Below are positions 1 through 9,253 of a stretch of DNA of 64,000 nucleotides, piece after piece (the stretch's first letter is position 1; every line of letters starts with the position of its first letter). Under the pieces are notes generated by a model that was not told the origin of the DNA, ran no database searches, and worked only from the letters and a program-made list of their open reading frames with translations. Source of the stretch: an uncultured Polaromonas sp. (GTDB taxonomy: Bacteria; Pseudomonadota; Gammaproteobacteria; Burkholderiales; Burkholderiaceae_C). A program made the position numbers and the translations under genes. The DNA is taken from assembly GCA_964543355.1 (NCBI GenBank), contig CAZIYA010000003.1:9283-73282 (forward strand), given 5' to 3'.

Positions 1-181
1 CATTGGCCAGATCCGCGAATTTGCCCTCTATGACCACACGTAAACCGCGCAAGGTGAAGATGACGTCTGGTCTGTGCTGGCCCTTGACTTGAATAGTCTC
101 TGCTTCCGCCGCTACGCCCATTTTTGAGATTAGTACGGCTAGCTGTGTATTGATCGCCTCTTCGCGGTGCCTATATGCCAT
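1..181 (-). CDS. Partial CDS running off the left edge: PD-(D/E)xK nuclease-like N-terminus, possibly a restriction(-modification) enzyme
   Basis: Manual translation from ATG at 181 gives MAYRHREEAINTQLAVLISKMGVAAEAETIQVKGQHRPDVIFTLRGLRVVIEGKFADLAN, open to the edge, with a RPD...IEGK motif; not in the ORF track. Confidence 0.55.
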   Translation of the reverse strand, partial: MAYRHREEAINTQLAVLISKMGVAAEAETIQVKGQHRPDVIFTLRGLRVVIEGKFADLAN

Positions 182-390
182 ATGACTCTCTCAGCTTTGA
201 TGGCGTATTGTGCATTAGGGTAGAACGACGGTGGTCCTCACGCCGTAGTGGCGGTTGCTCACCCGAAGCCACTGGCAACTCCCGCTGGGCCGTGTCTGGC
301 AACCTGCAAAGCCGTACATAAGAACGGTACACTACAGGCTCTCAGCAGCGAAAAAATACCAATAAAAACAAGGGGCTAGCGAAGTCAAAG

Positions 391-425
391 GCGTGTCGGT
401 GGTTCGATTCCGCCCCAGGCCACCA
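391..425 (+). repeat. 3' half of tRNA-Phe (att-like copy 1)
   Basis: GCGTGTCGGTGGTTCGATTCCGCCCCAGGCCACCA = variable loop, T-arm, acceptor strand and CCA resembling betaproteobacterial tRNA-Phe; the upstream sequence does not form the 5' half. Confidence 0.8.
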
Positions 426-435
426 CTTCTTTTTC

Positions 436-759
436 TCAGACGATCCCAAGACAGCTCGCTGCTGCAACGACGTGCCTGTCCGTCGGATCAGGTAGCACGA
501 TGCAGTCGATGAGTTTTTCATAGCCGGTCACCAGGCAATCGGGCACCGCAGCGTTCATCAGCGCGACCAGGTCAGGAAGCCTGTGCGCGATATCGGGCCT
601 GTTCGCCGCCAGGTTTCGCGTCCATTCGTCCTGAATGTCCACGGTCCATTGCGCATGGTAAAGATCAGCCGTCGCCAGACTCAGCAAGGTATCACGCAGC
701 AGGTTGGAATAAAGGACGTTCGCGTCCAATACTGCGGTGTACCTCGCTGAGCCGGCCAT
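436..759 (-). pseudogene. PIN-domain toxin, C-terminally truncated
   Basis: VLDANVLY N-terminal PIN motif and LPDPTDRHVVAAA; stops before the usual IVTxNxKDF motif, next to the tRNA fragment. Confidence 0.75.
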
Positions 760-760
760 T

Positions 761-1234
761 TCAAAAATCCAATCCCAAATCGTGGGTCAGGTCGGACAAG
801 TTCTGAAGCGCTTTCTCGGAATTCTCCTTTTGCTCCGCCTGATAGCGAAGGAGTTCCTGAAACTCAATTCGACGGTGGAGATTCACCTTGCGGCACTTGA
901 GTTTGCCCTGCTCGATTTCCTTGATGATGAAAGGGCGAGACACGTTCAAAAAATTGGCGGCGTCTTGGGTCGTCATTTCATGTTTGTGAGGAACCAGCGC
1001 CATGGGCTCGCCTTTGGCCATTTGGCGAAGAACCTCTGCCAAAAAGCGCAGCGCGCGCGGCGGCAACTGGAGGGGAGGAATCGGAACATCCCCGTCCGCG
1101 TGAAGGTCCAAAGTAGCAGTGACTTCGATTTTTTCCGCCTTGGAACGGTCCAATGCGGTGATCAGACAAAGATGGGCTGCTTGCGCCATCTCTGCCTCGG
1201 CTGTGTCAGCGGGCTCAAGAATTGCGCCTTTCAT
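761..1234 (-). CDS. Excisionase-like (HTH_17) DNA-binding protein, putative antitoxin/regulator of the PIN gene
   Basis: TTQDAANFLNVSRPFIIKEIEQGKL...HRRI motif; 1-bp gap to the PIN gene. Confidence 0.85.
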   Translation of the reverse strand: MKGAILEPADTAEAEMAQAAHLCLITALDRSKAEKIEVTATLDLHADGDVPIPPLQLPPRALRFLAEVLRQMAKGEPMALVPHKHEMTTQDAANFLNVSRPFIIKEIEQGKLKCRKVNLHRRIEFQELLRYQAEQKENSEKALQNLSDLTHDLGLDF

Positions 1235-1254
1235 GGACTTCTCCTAATGTGATA

Positions 1255-1302
1255 ACTATTGCTCTTACGCTTTTGGGAATCCAAAAGCGTAAGAGCAATA
1301 GT
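1255..1302. repeat. Perfect 22-bp inverted repeat with 4-nt loop
   Basis: ACTATTGCTCTTACGCTTTTGG-gaat-CCAAAAGCGTAAGAGCAATAGT, 20 bp upstream of the HTH start codon. Confidence 0.9.
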
Positions 1303-1309
1303 AGGGACC

Positions 1310-1345
1310 AAACGAATTAAACGCAATAGTCGAAGCAAACGAAAC
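1310..1345. promoter_or_regulatory. Four tandem 9-bp direct repeats, putative operator of the HTH_17 protein
   Basis: AAACGAATT AAACGCAAT AGTCGAAGC AAACGAAAC upstream of the HTH-PIN operon. Confidence 0.5.
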
Positions 1346-1430
1346 ACACCAAAAACACGCAAACGTAGCATTTGCCGCAGTTATCCTACAAATCCAATAC
1401 GCACACGCAGAAAAATCAGCACAAATAATA

Positions 1431-1446
1431 CTGTGATAAAATACAG
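1431..1446 (+). promoter_or_regulatory. LexA (SOS) box overlapping an extended -10 element
   Basis: CTGT-GATAAAAT-ACAG fits CTGT-N8-ACAG and contains TGaTAAAAT. Confidence 0.75.
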
Positions 1447-1448
1447 TT

Positions 1449-1628
1449 CTTCGGCGGCAAGCACCGCTGAAAGCCTGGCCAGGCAAAGCCGATTCTCACG
1501 GCGGCACGTCGACAAGAGCCTTCACGACGAGAAAAACAAAGTTGGCTCCTGCATGTGAATTGCCGTAACGTGGGCCGCGTAAGAGTCCACGTCCAATTCA
1601 TTCAAGCCCGCTTCGAGCGGGCTTTTTT
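1449..1628 (+). ncRNA. Candidate SOS-regulated structured small RNA (~180 nt)
   Basis: Lies between the -10/LexA box and an intrinsic terminator; several hairpins; no convincing ORF. Confidence 0.45.
1604..1628 (+). terminator. Rho-independent terminator
   Basis: AAGCCCGCT-tcg-AGCGGGCTT followed by a T run. Confidence 0.85.
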
Positions 1629-1936
1629 ACGCCTGTCGGGCTTTTACTACGCTGGCGGCCCAAGAAAGGTCGAAGAGCCAATGCTGGCGGGCGTTTCAAG
1701 GGATCACGATGGGTATGACAGGGTTGCAGGCCGCATCTGGCCGTTATCAGCATTCTCATGACCGTGAAGGCGGCGCAGCAACGCGCACAGAAGGTCGGGG
1801 TACGACAAACGCATGGATTTGGCGCCTGAACAAGTGGGCACGGGGTTTGGTGATCGCCTGTTCGGCTATTTGAGAGATGCCGAACAAATCCAAGCTGTCC
1901 TGCTGAAGCTATGTGGCTGCAACTGCTCGGCGCCCC

Positions 1937-2692
1937 TTAAACGAATTCAGCCGCAAGCTTTCTTGCTGCCCCTGCGAACAGCAGCACATCCACACCGACG
2001 GCCACGTAGCTGCAACCGAGCTCCAGGTAGCGGCGCGCCAGTTGCGGATCGGAAGTCAGCGTGCCGGCGGCTTTGCCCGAATCGACGATGATGCGTATGG
2101 CCTGCTCGATCGCGGCTTGTACTTCGGGGTCGCCGGGTTTGCCGCGGTGGCCCATGGACGCAGCCAGGTCAGCCGGGCCGATAAAAACGCCATCCACCCC
2201 ATCGACCGCGCAGATCGCTTCCAGATTCTGCAGCGCAGTCACACTTTCGGCCTGCACCAGCAGGCAAACCTCGTCGTCGGCCACGGCCAGGTAGTCGGTA
2301 CGGCTGCTCCAGCGAGAGGCGCGACCGACGGCGCTGCCGACACCGCGCACGCCCAGCGGCGGGTAACGCGTCGCCGCCACCAGCCGCGCGGCCTGCTCCG
2401 CCGTGTCCACCATGGGCACCAGCAGGGTTTGCGCGCCGATATCCAGCAACTGCTTGATCTGCCAGTCCTCGCCCGACACCGCGCGCACCACCGGCTGCGA
2501 GCGATACGGCGCTACTGCCTGCAGCGTGGCCAGCGTCGATCGCAGGTCGTTGGGTGCATGTTCCCCATCGACCAGCAGCCAGTCGAAACCAGCCGTGGCG
2601 CTGACCTCCGCCAGGTAGGGCTGGGCCATGGAAAGCCACAGGCCGACCTGCGGCCGTCCCGCGGACAAGGCCGCCTTGAATGGATTGCTCAT
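1937..2692 (-). CDS. HpcH/HpaI-family class II pyruvate aldolase
   Basis: [40 protein letters not shown] motifs; ATG overlaps the upstream stop. Confidence 0.9.
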   Translation of the reverse strand: MSNPFKAALSAGRPQVGLWLSMAQPYLAEVSATAGFDWLLVDGEHAPNDLRSTLATLQAVAPYRSQPVVRAVSGEDWQIKQLLDIGAQTLLVPMVDTAEQAARLVAATRYPPLGVRGVGSAVGRASRWSSRTDYLAVADDEVCLLVQAESVTALQNLEAICAVDGVDGVFIGPADLAASMGHRGKPGDPEVQAAIEQAIRIIVDSGKAAGTLTSDPQLARRYLELGCSYVAVGVDVLLFAGAARKLAAEFV

Positions 2693-4173
2693 CACAGTCC
2701 TCCCTGACACAGGTATTTCCATTGAAGATAGTCGTCCAGGCCGTGGCGCGAGCCTTCGCGGCCGTAACCCGATTCCTTGATGCCGCCGAAAGGTGCGGCT
2801 TCGGCGGCCAGCGCGCCTTCGTTGATGCCGACAATGCCGGCTTCCAGCCGGTCGGCGACACGCGCGATCCGCGCCGCATCGGCTGAATAAAAGTAGGCGG
2901 CCAGGCCGAAAGGCGTGTCATTGGCCAGGCGCACCGCCTCGTCCTCCGAACTGAAACGCGACAGCGCCACCACCGGACCGAAGGTTTCCTCGACGGCGCA
3001 CAGCATGGTGGCATCCACCTCCGTCAGCACCGTGGGCGCGTAGTAGTGGCCCGCGCCCGGCACCTGCGGCGCGGCCAGCCGCTGGCCGCCGATGAGCACT
3101 TTTGCGCCGCGCTGAAGTGCATCACGCACGTGGCCGTCGATTTTTTCAACAGCGCGTGCATTGATCATCGGGCCGATCTGCGCTTGGGCATCACTGGCAG
3201 GGCCCACCCGCAAGGCGGAGATCCGGGCCACCAGTTTGTCGACGAAGCGCGCATGCACGGACGCCTGTACAAACACCCGGTTGGGGCAGACACAGGTCTG
3301 GCCGCCATTGCGGAACTTGGCCACCATCAGGCCCTCGACCGCGGCGTCAAGGTCGGCGTCCTCGAACACCATGAAGGGGGCGTTGCCGCCCAACTCCAGC
3401 GACAGGCGCTTGAGCGTGCCGGCCGAGGCGCGCGCCAGGTGTTTGCCCACCGGCGTGGAGCCGGTGAAGGTGATCTTGCGCACCCGCGCATCGGCGAGCC
3501 AGACGTCCACCACCTCTGGGGTGTGTTCGCGCGAGGCGCACACCAGGTTGATGGTGCCGGCCGGAAAGCCGGCTTCCTCCGCCAGCGCGACCAGCGCGGC
3601 GGCGGCCAGGGGCGTGTCTTCCGCCGGTTTGGCGACCACGGTGCAACCGGCAGCCAGCGCAGGCGCCAGCTTGCGCGCAATCATCGCCAGCGGGAAATTC
3701 CAGGGCGTGATGGCCGCCACCACACCGACTGGCTCGCGCGTGGCCTGCATGCGGCGGCTGCGCCCGGGTGAGGGAATCACGTCGCCGTGCACCCGGCCCG
3801 CTTCTTCGGCAAACCATTCCACATAAGACGCGCCGTACAGCACCTCGCCCCGCGCCTCGGCCAACGGCTTGCCCTGCTCGGCCGAGATGATGCGCGCCAG
3901 ATCCTCCTGATTGACCAGCATCAGCCCATGCCAGCGCCTGAGCAGTTGCGCGCGCTCGCGGCCGCTGCGCGCGCGCCAGGTGGCGAAGGCGGCCTGCGCA
4001 GCATCGAGGGCCGCCAGCGCGTCCGCGGCCGTGCTGTCGGGCACATAGGCGATTGTGGCCAGCGTCGCCGGATCGGTGACCGGGTGGCGGCCGCCGCCCT
4101 GCGCGTCGCACCACAAGCCGCCAATGAAATTGCCGGAGCGGACCAGGTCGCCCCGTGAAAGTGTGTTCAACAA
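2692..4173 (-). CDS. gabD: NAD(P)-dependent succinate-semialdehyde-type aldehyde dehydrogenase
   Basis: [32 protein letters not shown]; TTG start inferred from an AGGAAG RBS; true substrate uncertain. Confidence 0.8.
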   Translation of the reverse strand: MLNTLSRGDLVRSGNFIGGLWCDAQGGGRHPVTDPATLATIAYVPDSTAADALAALDAAQAAFATWRARSGRERAQLLRRWHGLMLVNQEDLARIISAEQGKPLAEARGEVLYGASYVEWFAEEAGRVHGDVIPSPGRSRRMQATREPVGVVAAITPWNFPLAMIARKLAPALAAGCTVVAKPAEDTPLAAAALVALAEEAGFPAGTINLVCASREHTPEVVDVWLADARVRKITFTGSTPVGKHLARASAGTLKRLSLELGGNAPFMVFEDADLDAAVEGLMVAKFRNGGQTCVCPNRVFVQASVHARFVDKLVARISALRVGPASDAQAQIGPMINARAVEKIDGHVRDALQRGAKVLIGGQRLAAPQVPGAGHYYAPTVLTEVDATMLCAVEETFGPVVALSRFSSEDEAVRLANDTPFGLAAYFYSADAARIARVADRLEAGIVGINEGALAAEAAPFGGIKESGYGREGSRHGLDDYLQWKYLCQGGL

Positions 4174-4183
4174 GGGGAGCTTC

Positions 4184-5701
4184 CTAACTGACGATGCCCA
4201 GATGCCAGGGCACGAACTCATGATCGCCCAGGCCCAGCGCTTCGCTGCGGGTTGGCTCGCCCGACGCGTGGCGAAGAATCGCCTCGAAGATGCGCTGGCC
4301 CATCTGCGCCACATCGACCTCGCCGTCCAGGATAGCGCCGCAGTTGATGTCCATGTCTTCTGCCAACCGGGTGAACATGGGCGTGTTGCTGGCCAGTTTG
4401 ATGGTGGGCGCCGGCTTGGAGCCGAACATCGAGCCGCGCCCGGTGGTAAAGCAGATCAGGTTGGCGCCGCTGGCGATCTGGCCGGTCACGGCCACCGGGT
4501 CGTAACCGGGCGAGTCCATGAAGACCAGGCCGGACTGCGTGATCGGCTCGGCATAACGGTAAACAGCCTGCAGCGGCGTGGTGCCGCCCTTCATCGCCGA
4601 GCCCAGCGATTTTTCAACGATGTTGGCCAGGCCACCGGCCTGGTTGCCGGGCCCGACCACGCCGTTGAACTGGCCGTTTTGTCCGCGCGTGTAGTCCTCC
4701 CACCACGCCAGCCGGTCCAGCAACTGGCGACCGACTTCCGGCGAAACAGCGCGGCGCGTCAACATGTCTTCCACGCCGTGGATCTCGGGCGTTTCCGACA
4801 GGATGGCGGTGCCGCCATGGCGCACCAGGATGTCCATGGCCGCGCCCAGCGCCGGGTTTGCGGTGATGCCGGAAAAGCCGTCGGACCCGCCGCACTCGAG
4901 CCCGACCTTGATGTGGCTGGCCGATACGCTGCTGCGGCTGTAGGCATTGGCCAGCGGCAGCATGGCTTCGATGGCCTCGACGCCGGCGGCGATGGTGGCG
5001 CGTGTGCCGCCGACCTCCTGCATCACCAGCGTGCGCATCAGGCGCCCGGCTTCCAGCCCCTGGGAATCAACCAATGCGGAGACCTGGTTGCGCTCGCAGC
5101 CCAGGCCGACGATCAGCACGCCGGCCAGGTTCGGATGCCGCGCATAACCAGCCAGCGTCCGGCGTAACAAATCGAAATGTTCGCTGGGCGAAGACATGCC
5201 GCAGCCGGTGGTCTGTGCAAAGGCCGCGACACCGTTCACGTTCGGGAAGGCGGTGAGCCGCTCGGGCGTGAAGTGCGCGGCGATGCGCTTGATCACGGTG
5301 GCCGAGCAATTGACCGAGGAAATGATGCCGATGAAGTTGCGCGTGCCCACGCGGCCGTCCTCGCGCACATAGCCCATGAAACGCGCGCGGTGGGCCTCGG
5401 GCACATAGTCGACGGCCACCACATCGGCGCCGAAGGCCGGATCGCGCAAGGTCTCCGGTAGCTCGAGATTGTGCGAGTGCACGTGCTCGCCCGGCGCGAT
5501 GTCACGCGTGGCCACGCCGATGGCGGTGCTGTACTTGCGCACGGTCTCACCCCTGGCGATGGCAATCGCCGCAATCTTGTGGCCCGCCGCTACCTGCGCC
5601 CGCAGCTTCACACCCAGCCCGGGGAGGGCCTGACCGAGGGTCAGGCCCTCCCTGGCGACCAGGACGTTGTCGTCGGCATGCAGGCGGATCAGCGGGTTCA
5701 T
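4184..5701 (-). CDS. UxaA/GarD-family sugar-acid dehydratase with SAF domain
   Basis: LHADDNV, GHKIA, GTRN, GLGCE, GLECGGSD, FTTGRG motifs. Confidence 0.88.
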   Translation of the reverse strand: MNPLIRLHADDNVLVAREGLTLGQALPGLGVKLRAQVAAGHKIAAIAIARGETVRKYSTAIGVATRDIAPGEHVHSHNLELPETLRDPAFGADVVAVDYVPEAHRARFMGYVREDGRVGTRNFIGIISSVNCSATVIKRIAAHFTPERLTAFPNVNGVAAFAQTTGCGMSSPSEHFDLLRRTLAGYARHPNLAGVLIVGLGCERNQVSALVDSQGLEAGRLMRTLVMQEVGGTRATIAAGVEAIEAMLPLANAYSRSSVSASHIKVGLECGGSDGFSGITANPALGAAMDILVRHGGTAILSETPEIHGVEDMLTRRAVSPEVGRQLLDRLAWWEDYTRGQNGQFNGVVGPGNQAGGLANIVEKSLGSAMKGGTTPLQAVYRYAEPITQSGLVFMDSPGYDPVAVTGQIASGANLICFTTGRGSMFGSKPAPTIKLASNTPMFTRLAEDMDINCGAILDGEVDVAQMGQRIFEAILRHASGEPTRSEALGLGDHEFVPWHLGIVS

Positions 5702-5708
5702 CGGTGCA

Positions 5709-6704
5709 TCAGCCCTTGGCCAGCAGTTCCTTGAGCTTCAGGCGCCTGATCAGCAAGGTTTCCTTGTCGTACACAGTCTTGACGTACTTCAAGTAGTCCG
5801 GGCCGTCGAGGTACATCACCGGTGCATCGATCCTGCCTGCCACCGCCTTGAACTCGTCGCTGGCCACCGCGAAACGCAGGGCGCTGCGCAGTTTTTCTTC
5901 CACATCGCGTGGCAAGCCCTTGGGCGCGCCTATGCCGTTGGGAGCATCGACCACCACCTGGAAACCGGCATCCTTGAGCGTCGGTGTGTCCTTGAAGCGC
6001 GGTGTGCGCTGCTCGCCCCAGGTCGCCAGCAGGCGCAGCTTGCCGGCCTCCACATGCGGCGCCCACGAACTGGAATCAGCCAGCAGGTCGACCTGCCCGG
6101 CCAGCGTGTCCTGCAGCGCCTGGGCGCCGCCCTTGTAGGCAATGGCATTGAACTCGATGCCGGCAGCCATGGCGAACTCTTCCATGCCGACATGGGTCGC
6201 GCCGCCGACACCGGCGTGCGCGTAGGTCACGCGGCCAGGATTGGCGCGTGCGAAGTCGACCATCTCCTTGAGTGTCTTGAAGCGCGAGGCCGGCAGCACC
6301 GCAATGCCGAAGGTCTGGCCCGAGGTGCGCGCCAGGTAAGTGAAGTCCTTGAGCGGATCGACCTGCAGTGAGCCAAGCTGGGAAAAGCGCGTGACCGAGA
6401 TCGGAATCTGGCCGATGGTGTAGCCGTCCGGTTTGGCGCTGGCCAGCGCCTTGGCGCCTATCATGCCGGCCGCGCCGGCGCGGTTGTCTACTGCGATCGG
6501 CTGCTTGAGCACGGTGGCCGCGACCTGGCAGATGGAACGCATGGATGCATCGGCCGTGCCGCCGGCCGGCCAGGGGCAGATGAAGGTGATAGGGCGGGAT
6601 GGAAAGTTCTGGGCGGTTGCCGGTGTTGGCAGGACCAGGCCGGCAGCACCGGCAGCAGCGCCGGCCAGCAACAGGCGGCGGCGGGGTTGGGTTAGGTTTG
6701 GCAT
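5709..6704 (-). CDS. Bug/TctC tripartite tricarboxylate transporter substrate-binding protein
   Basis: RRRLLL Tat-like leader, FPSRPITFICPWPAGGTAD, YKGG motifs. Confidence 0.9.
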   Translation of the reverse strand: MPNLTQPRRRLLLAGAAAGAAGLVLPTPATAQNFPSRPITFICPWPAGGTADASMRSICQVAATVLKQPIAVDNRAGAAGMIGAKALASAKPDGYTIGQIPISVTRFSQLGSLQVDPLKDFTYLARTSGQTFGIAVLPASRFKTLKEMVDFARANPGRVTYAHAGVGGATHVGMEEFAMAAGIEFNAIAYKGGAQALQDTLAGQVDLLADSSSWAPHVEAGKLRLLATWGEQRTPRFKDTPTLKDAGFQVVVDAPNGIGAPKGLPRDVEEKLRSALRFAVASDEFKAVAGRIDAPVMYLDGPDYLKYVKTVYDKETLLIRRLKLKELLAKG

Positions 6705-6789
6705 TTGTCTTCCTCTCAAATGATGGGTGGACCGGAACGGGAGCGGGCGCATTCTTGTGATGGCTTTGCCGGGATTGTGTCCGTCTTTC

Positions 6790-6809
6790 ATAACAAGATA
6801 TTTTGTTAT
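6790..6809. promoter_or_regulatory. Putative LysR-type binding site in the divergent promoter
   Basis: Dyad ATAACAA-N6-TTGTTAT between the divergent Bug and LysR genes. Confidence 0.45.
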
Positions 6810-6850
6810 TTGCATTGCTTCATGCACTTAACATTAACTATCATCTCGCC

Positions 6851-7822
6851 ATGGCAACCATAGACCGTGCATTGCGCTCCAACATCAAGTTGCGCCACCT
6901 CCAGCTGGTGGTGGCACTCGACGAATTTCGCCACCTCGGGCGCACCGCCGAATTTCTCTCCGTGAGCCAGCCTGCGGTGTCCCGCATGTTGAGTGAAGTG
7001 GAGAACATGCTGGGCTTGAGCCTGTTTGATCGCTCCACCCGCGGCAGCGATCCCACGGCCAGCGGCATCGCCATCGTGCGTTTTGCCCGATCCGTGCTGG
7101 CCGACTATGAGCGCACGCGGGACGAGATCGCCGCCGAGGAAAGCGGCGCGGCGGGACGTACACGCGTCGGCTCCATGGTGGTGTCCATGCCCACGCTGCT
7201 GGCGCGCGCCGTGGGGTTGCTCAAGCAGCGCTCGGCTCGCGCCACCGTGCTGATCGAAGAAGGCGACCTGACCCATTTGCTGCCCAAGCTGCGGCTGGGC
7301 GAACTGGATCTGTTCGTCGGCCGCTTGGAGCCCGGTTATGCCGCGCCCGACCTGGAAACGGAGGCGCTGTACAACGAGCCCATGGTGGCCGTGGTCAAGC
7401 CGGGGCATGCGCTGCTGAAGAAGGCACGCGCTGGCTGGACCGATCTTGCCACCATGCCCTGCGTGCTGCCGCCGCCCTGGGCCTCGCTGCGCGTCAAGCT
7501 AGAGCAGGAATTCCACAAACACGGCCTGCACCCGCCGGTGGACCTCATCGAGACTTCGTCTTTCCTGGCGCAAACCACCTTCGTGCACGAGCGCGGCGCC
7601 GTCGCCTTCATGGCGCGCTCCGTGGGCCGGCATTTCGAGAAGCTAGGTCTGGTGAGGGTGCTCAAGCTCAAGGTGCAGGTCGATCTGCCGGCGGTCGGCC
7701 TGATCACCATGCGCAGTCGCCGCCTGACGGCCACCACCGAGCAGTTGATGGACTGCCTGCGCCAAGCCGCGAGTGCGAGCGATTTATTTAGTGATTCTGG
7801 TGACCTGTCTGCTCAAAGTTAG
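6851..7822 (+). CDS. LysR-family transcriptional regulator (GbpR-like)
   Basis: IKLRHLQ...AEFLSVSQPAVSR...LFDRSTRG helix-turn-helix; divergent from the catabolic operon. Confidence 0.92.
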   Translation: MATIDRALRSNIKLRHLQLVVALDEFRHLGRTAEFLSVSQPAVSRMLSEVENMLGLSLFDRSTRGSDPTASGIAIVRFARSVLADYERTRDEIAAEESGAAGRTRVGSMVVSMPTLLARAVGLLKQRSARATVLIEEGDLTHLLPKLRLGELDLFVGRLEPGYAAPDLETEALYNEPMVAVVKPGHALLKKARAGWTDLATMPCVLPPPWASLRVKLEQEFHKHGLHPPVDLIETSSFLAQTTFVHERGAVAFMARSVGRHFEKLGLVRVLKLKVQVDLPAVGLITMRSRRLTATTEQLMDCLRQAASASDLFSDSGDLSAQS

Positions 7823-7886
7823 AAATGCCAGTCAGCAGTCGTTTTGATGCCTATTACTGCCAAAGTGTGTGAATCTGCCTCAAAAC

Positions 7887-7940
7887 TGTTGAATTCCGTC
7901 GAGAACTGACCCTCGGGTCAGACTTCGGTGCAATTCAACA
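7887..7940. mobile_element. 54-bp collapsed IS21-like element (two terminal inverted repeats, 2-bp spacer)
   Basis: TGTTGAATTCCGTCGAGAACTGACCC-tc-GGGTCAGACTTCGGTGCAATTCAACA; TGT...ACA ends and CTGACCC motif. Confidence 0.55.
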
Positions 7941-8076
7941 CACGAAGTTCATCAGAACTAACCCGCCTCCTGAGCGAGTTGCAATTCAAATTCGTTGGGT
8001 GAACAGTAGCCAAGTGCCGAGTGAAGCCGCTTGGCGTTGTAGACCTCTTCGATGAAGCGTGGCAACCGACCGGTTA
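7941..8076 (-). pseudogene. IS3-family transposase C-terminal remnant
   Basis: [28 protein letters not shown] is the typical IS3 OrfB C-terminus; upstream part missing. Confidence 0.8.
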
Positions 8077-8086
8077 GGATCCGGCA

Positions 8087-8758
8087 ATGGATGTCTTCAT
8101 TGTGGGTGCCGGGAAGCTGGCTCAGGAGCTGCTGGGTCAGTCCCAGAAGTTTGGAGGATCGCGGGTGCGCCCGTGGTCCGCGCGCGGCGGCGAGCACGGG
8201 CTATCGGTAGTGGTGCATGCCGGGTCCGGACGGGAGTTGCCTGAAGTCTGCGCGTTCTGCAATGAGACGGGCTCACCGTTTCTGGAGCTGTCCACAGGCT
8301 CCGAGGTGAGCGCCTCTGCGGGCTTTCCCGTCGTGATTTGCGCCAACACCAACATACTTATGCTCAAATTCATGAGCATGCTGAAAACGAGCGGACACCT
8401 TTTTCGTGGCAATCGCATCTTGCTAACAGAGTCTCACCAAGCTACCAAGACGTCCGTGCCGGGTACTGCGCTTCACATCGCTCGCTCACTTGGCATCGAG
8501 GAGTCCGAGGTGAAGTCGATCAGGGATCCGGACTACCAGCACGCTGTGCTTGGGTTTTCCAGTGCGGACTTGGCTCGGCATGCATTTCATGAAGTCGTCA
8601 TCGAATCCGGCGGCTGCACCCTGAAGCTGCAAAGTCGCGTCGACGGCCCGGCTCCCTACGTCGAAGGTGTCGCATCAATTGTGCGTGCAGTGTCCCAGCA
8701 CTCACTCGAAAACCGGCTCTATGACGTTACCGAGTTGATTGAGCTCGGGTGGCTTTGA
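8087..8758 (+). CDS. Dihydrodipicolinate reductase-like protein
   Basis: Rossmann [25 protein letters not shown] resembling the DapB EHHxxKxDAPSGTA motif. Confidence 0.7.
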   Translation: MDVFIVGAGKLAQELLGQSQKFGGSRVRPWSARGGEHGLSVVVHAGSGRELPEVCAFCNETGSPFLELSTGSEVSASAGFPVVICANTNILMLKFMSMLKTSGHLFRGNRILLTESHQATKTSVPGTALHIARSLGIEESEVKSIRDPDYQHAVLGFSSADLARHAFHEVVIESGGCTLKLQSRVDGPAPYVEGVASIVRAVSQHSLENRLYDVTELIELGWL

Positions 8759-8774
8759 GGGACAGGATCTTGTC

Positions 8775-9047
8775 ATGGCTGACACGACACCGCTCTCACT
8801 ACTACCGAATCTCGGACCCAAGTCTGCTCAGATGCTGCAGACTGCGGGCATACAAACGCTCGGTGACCTGCGAACACTCGGATCTGTGGCGGCCTACGCG
8901 AGGGCCAAGCGTGCTGGTCAGCGTGTCTCATTGAATCTTCTGTGGGCGCTGGAGGGGGCCCTCACGGGCGAGCGGTGGCAAGATGTCGCCCGGCAACACA
9001 GGACGAGCTTGCTGCTCGCCCTGGATGAATACGAGCGCAGCGGGTAA
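8775..9047 (+). CDS. TfoX/Sxy C-terminal domain protein
   Basis: LPNLGPKSAQMLQTAGI...SLNLLWALEGAL. Confidence 0.85.
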   Translation: MADTTPLSLLPNLGPKSAQMLQTAGIQTLGDLRTLGSVAAYARAKRAGQRVSLNLLWALEGALTGERWQDVARQHRTSLLLALDEYERSG

Positions 9048-9253
9048 CGACGCTGAGGGGACGTGACGTTCCCTACCGCCTAGATGCTCTCGGGAGCGCG
9101 TGTTCCGCCCCAGCCAATCCCAATCACTGGTGGCCGCGGGAGCAGGCGGCGGTGAGGCGATGGCTGACAAGCGGCTGACCTGCTCATCAAGAGGCGACCT
9201 AGCGTGTAACGCGTATGCCGAGTGTTTGCAACACCGCCGCGCAAGTGGGTCGT

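Noticed and set aside
350-425. Complete tRNA gene
   Set aside because: Only the 3' 35 nt match; no D-arm, anticodon arm or 5' acceptor strand
1259-1558. 99-aa basic ORF
   Set aside because: TTG start inside a palindrome; spans AT-rich regulatory repeats and the LexA box; composition not protein-like
1913-2707. Long antisense ORFs (also 4055-5167, 18905-20413, 31123-32553, 34550-35932, 53430-54821, 60867-62417)
   Set aside because: Shadows of well-supported genes on the opposite strand, expected in high-GC DNA; no motifs
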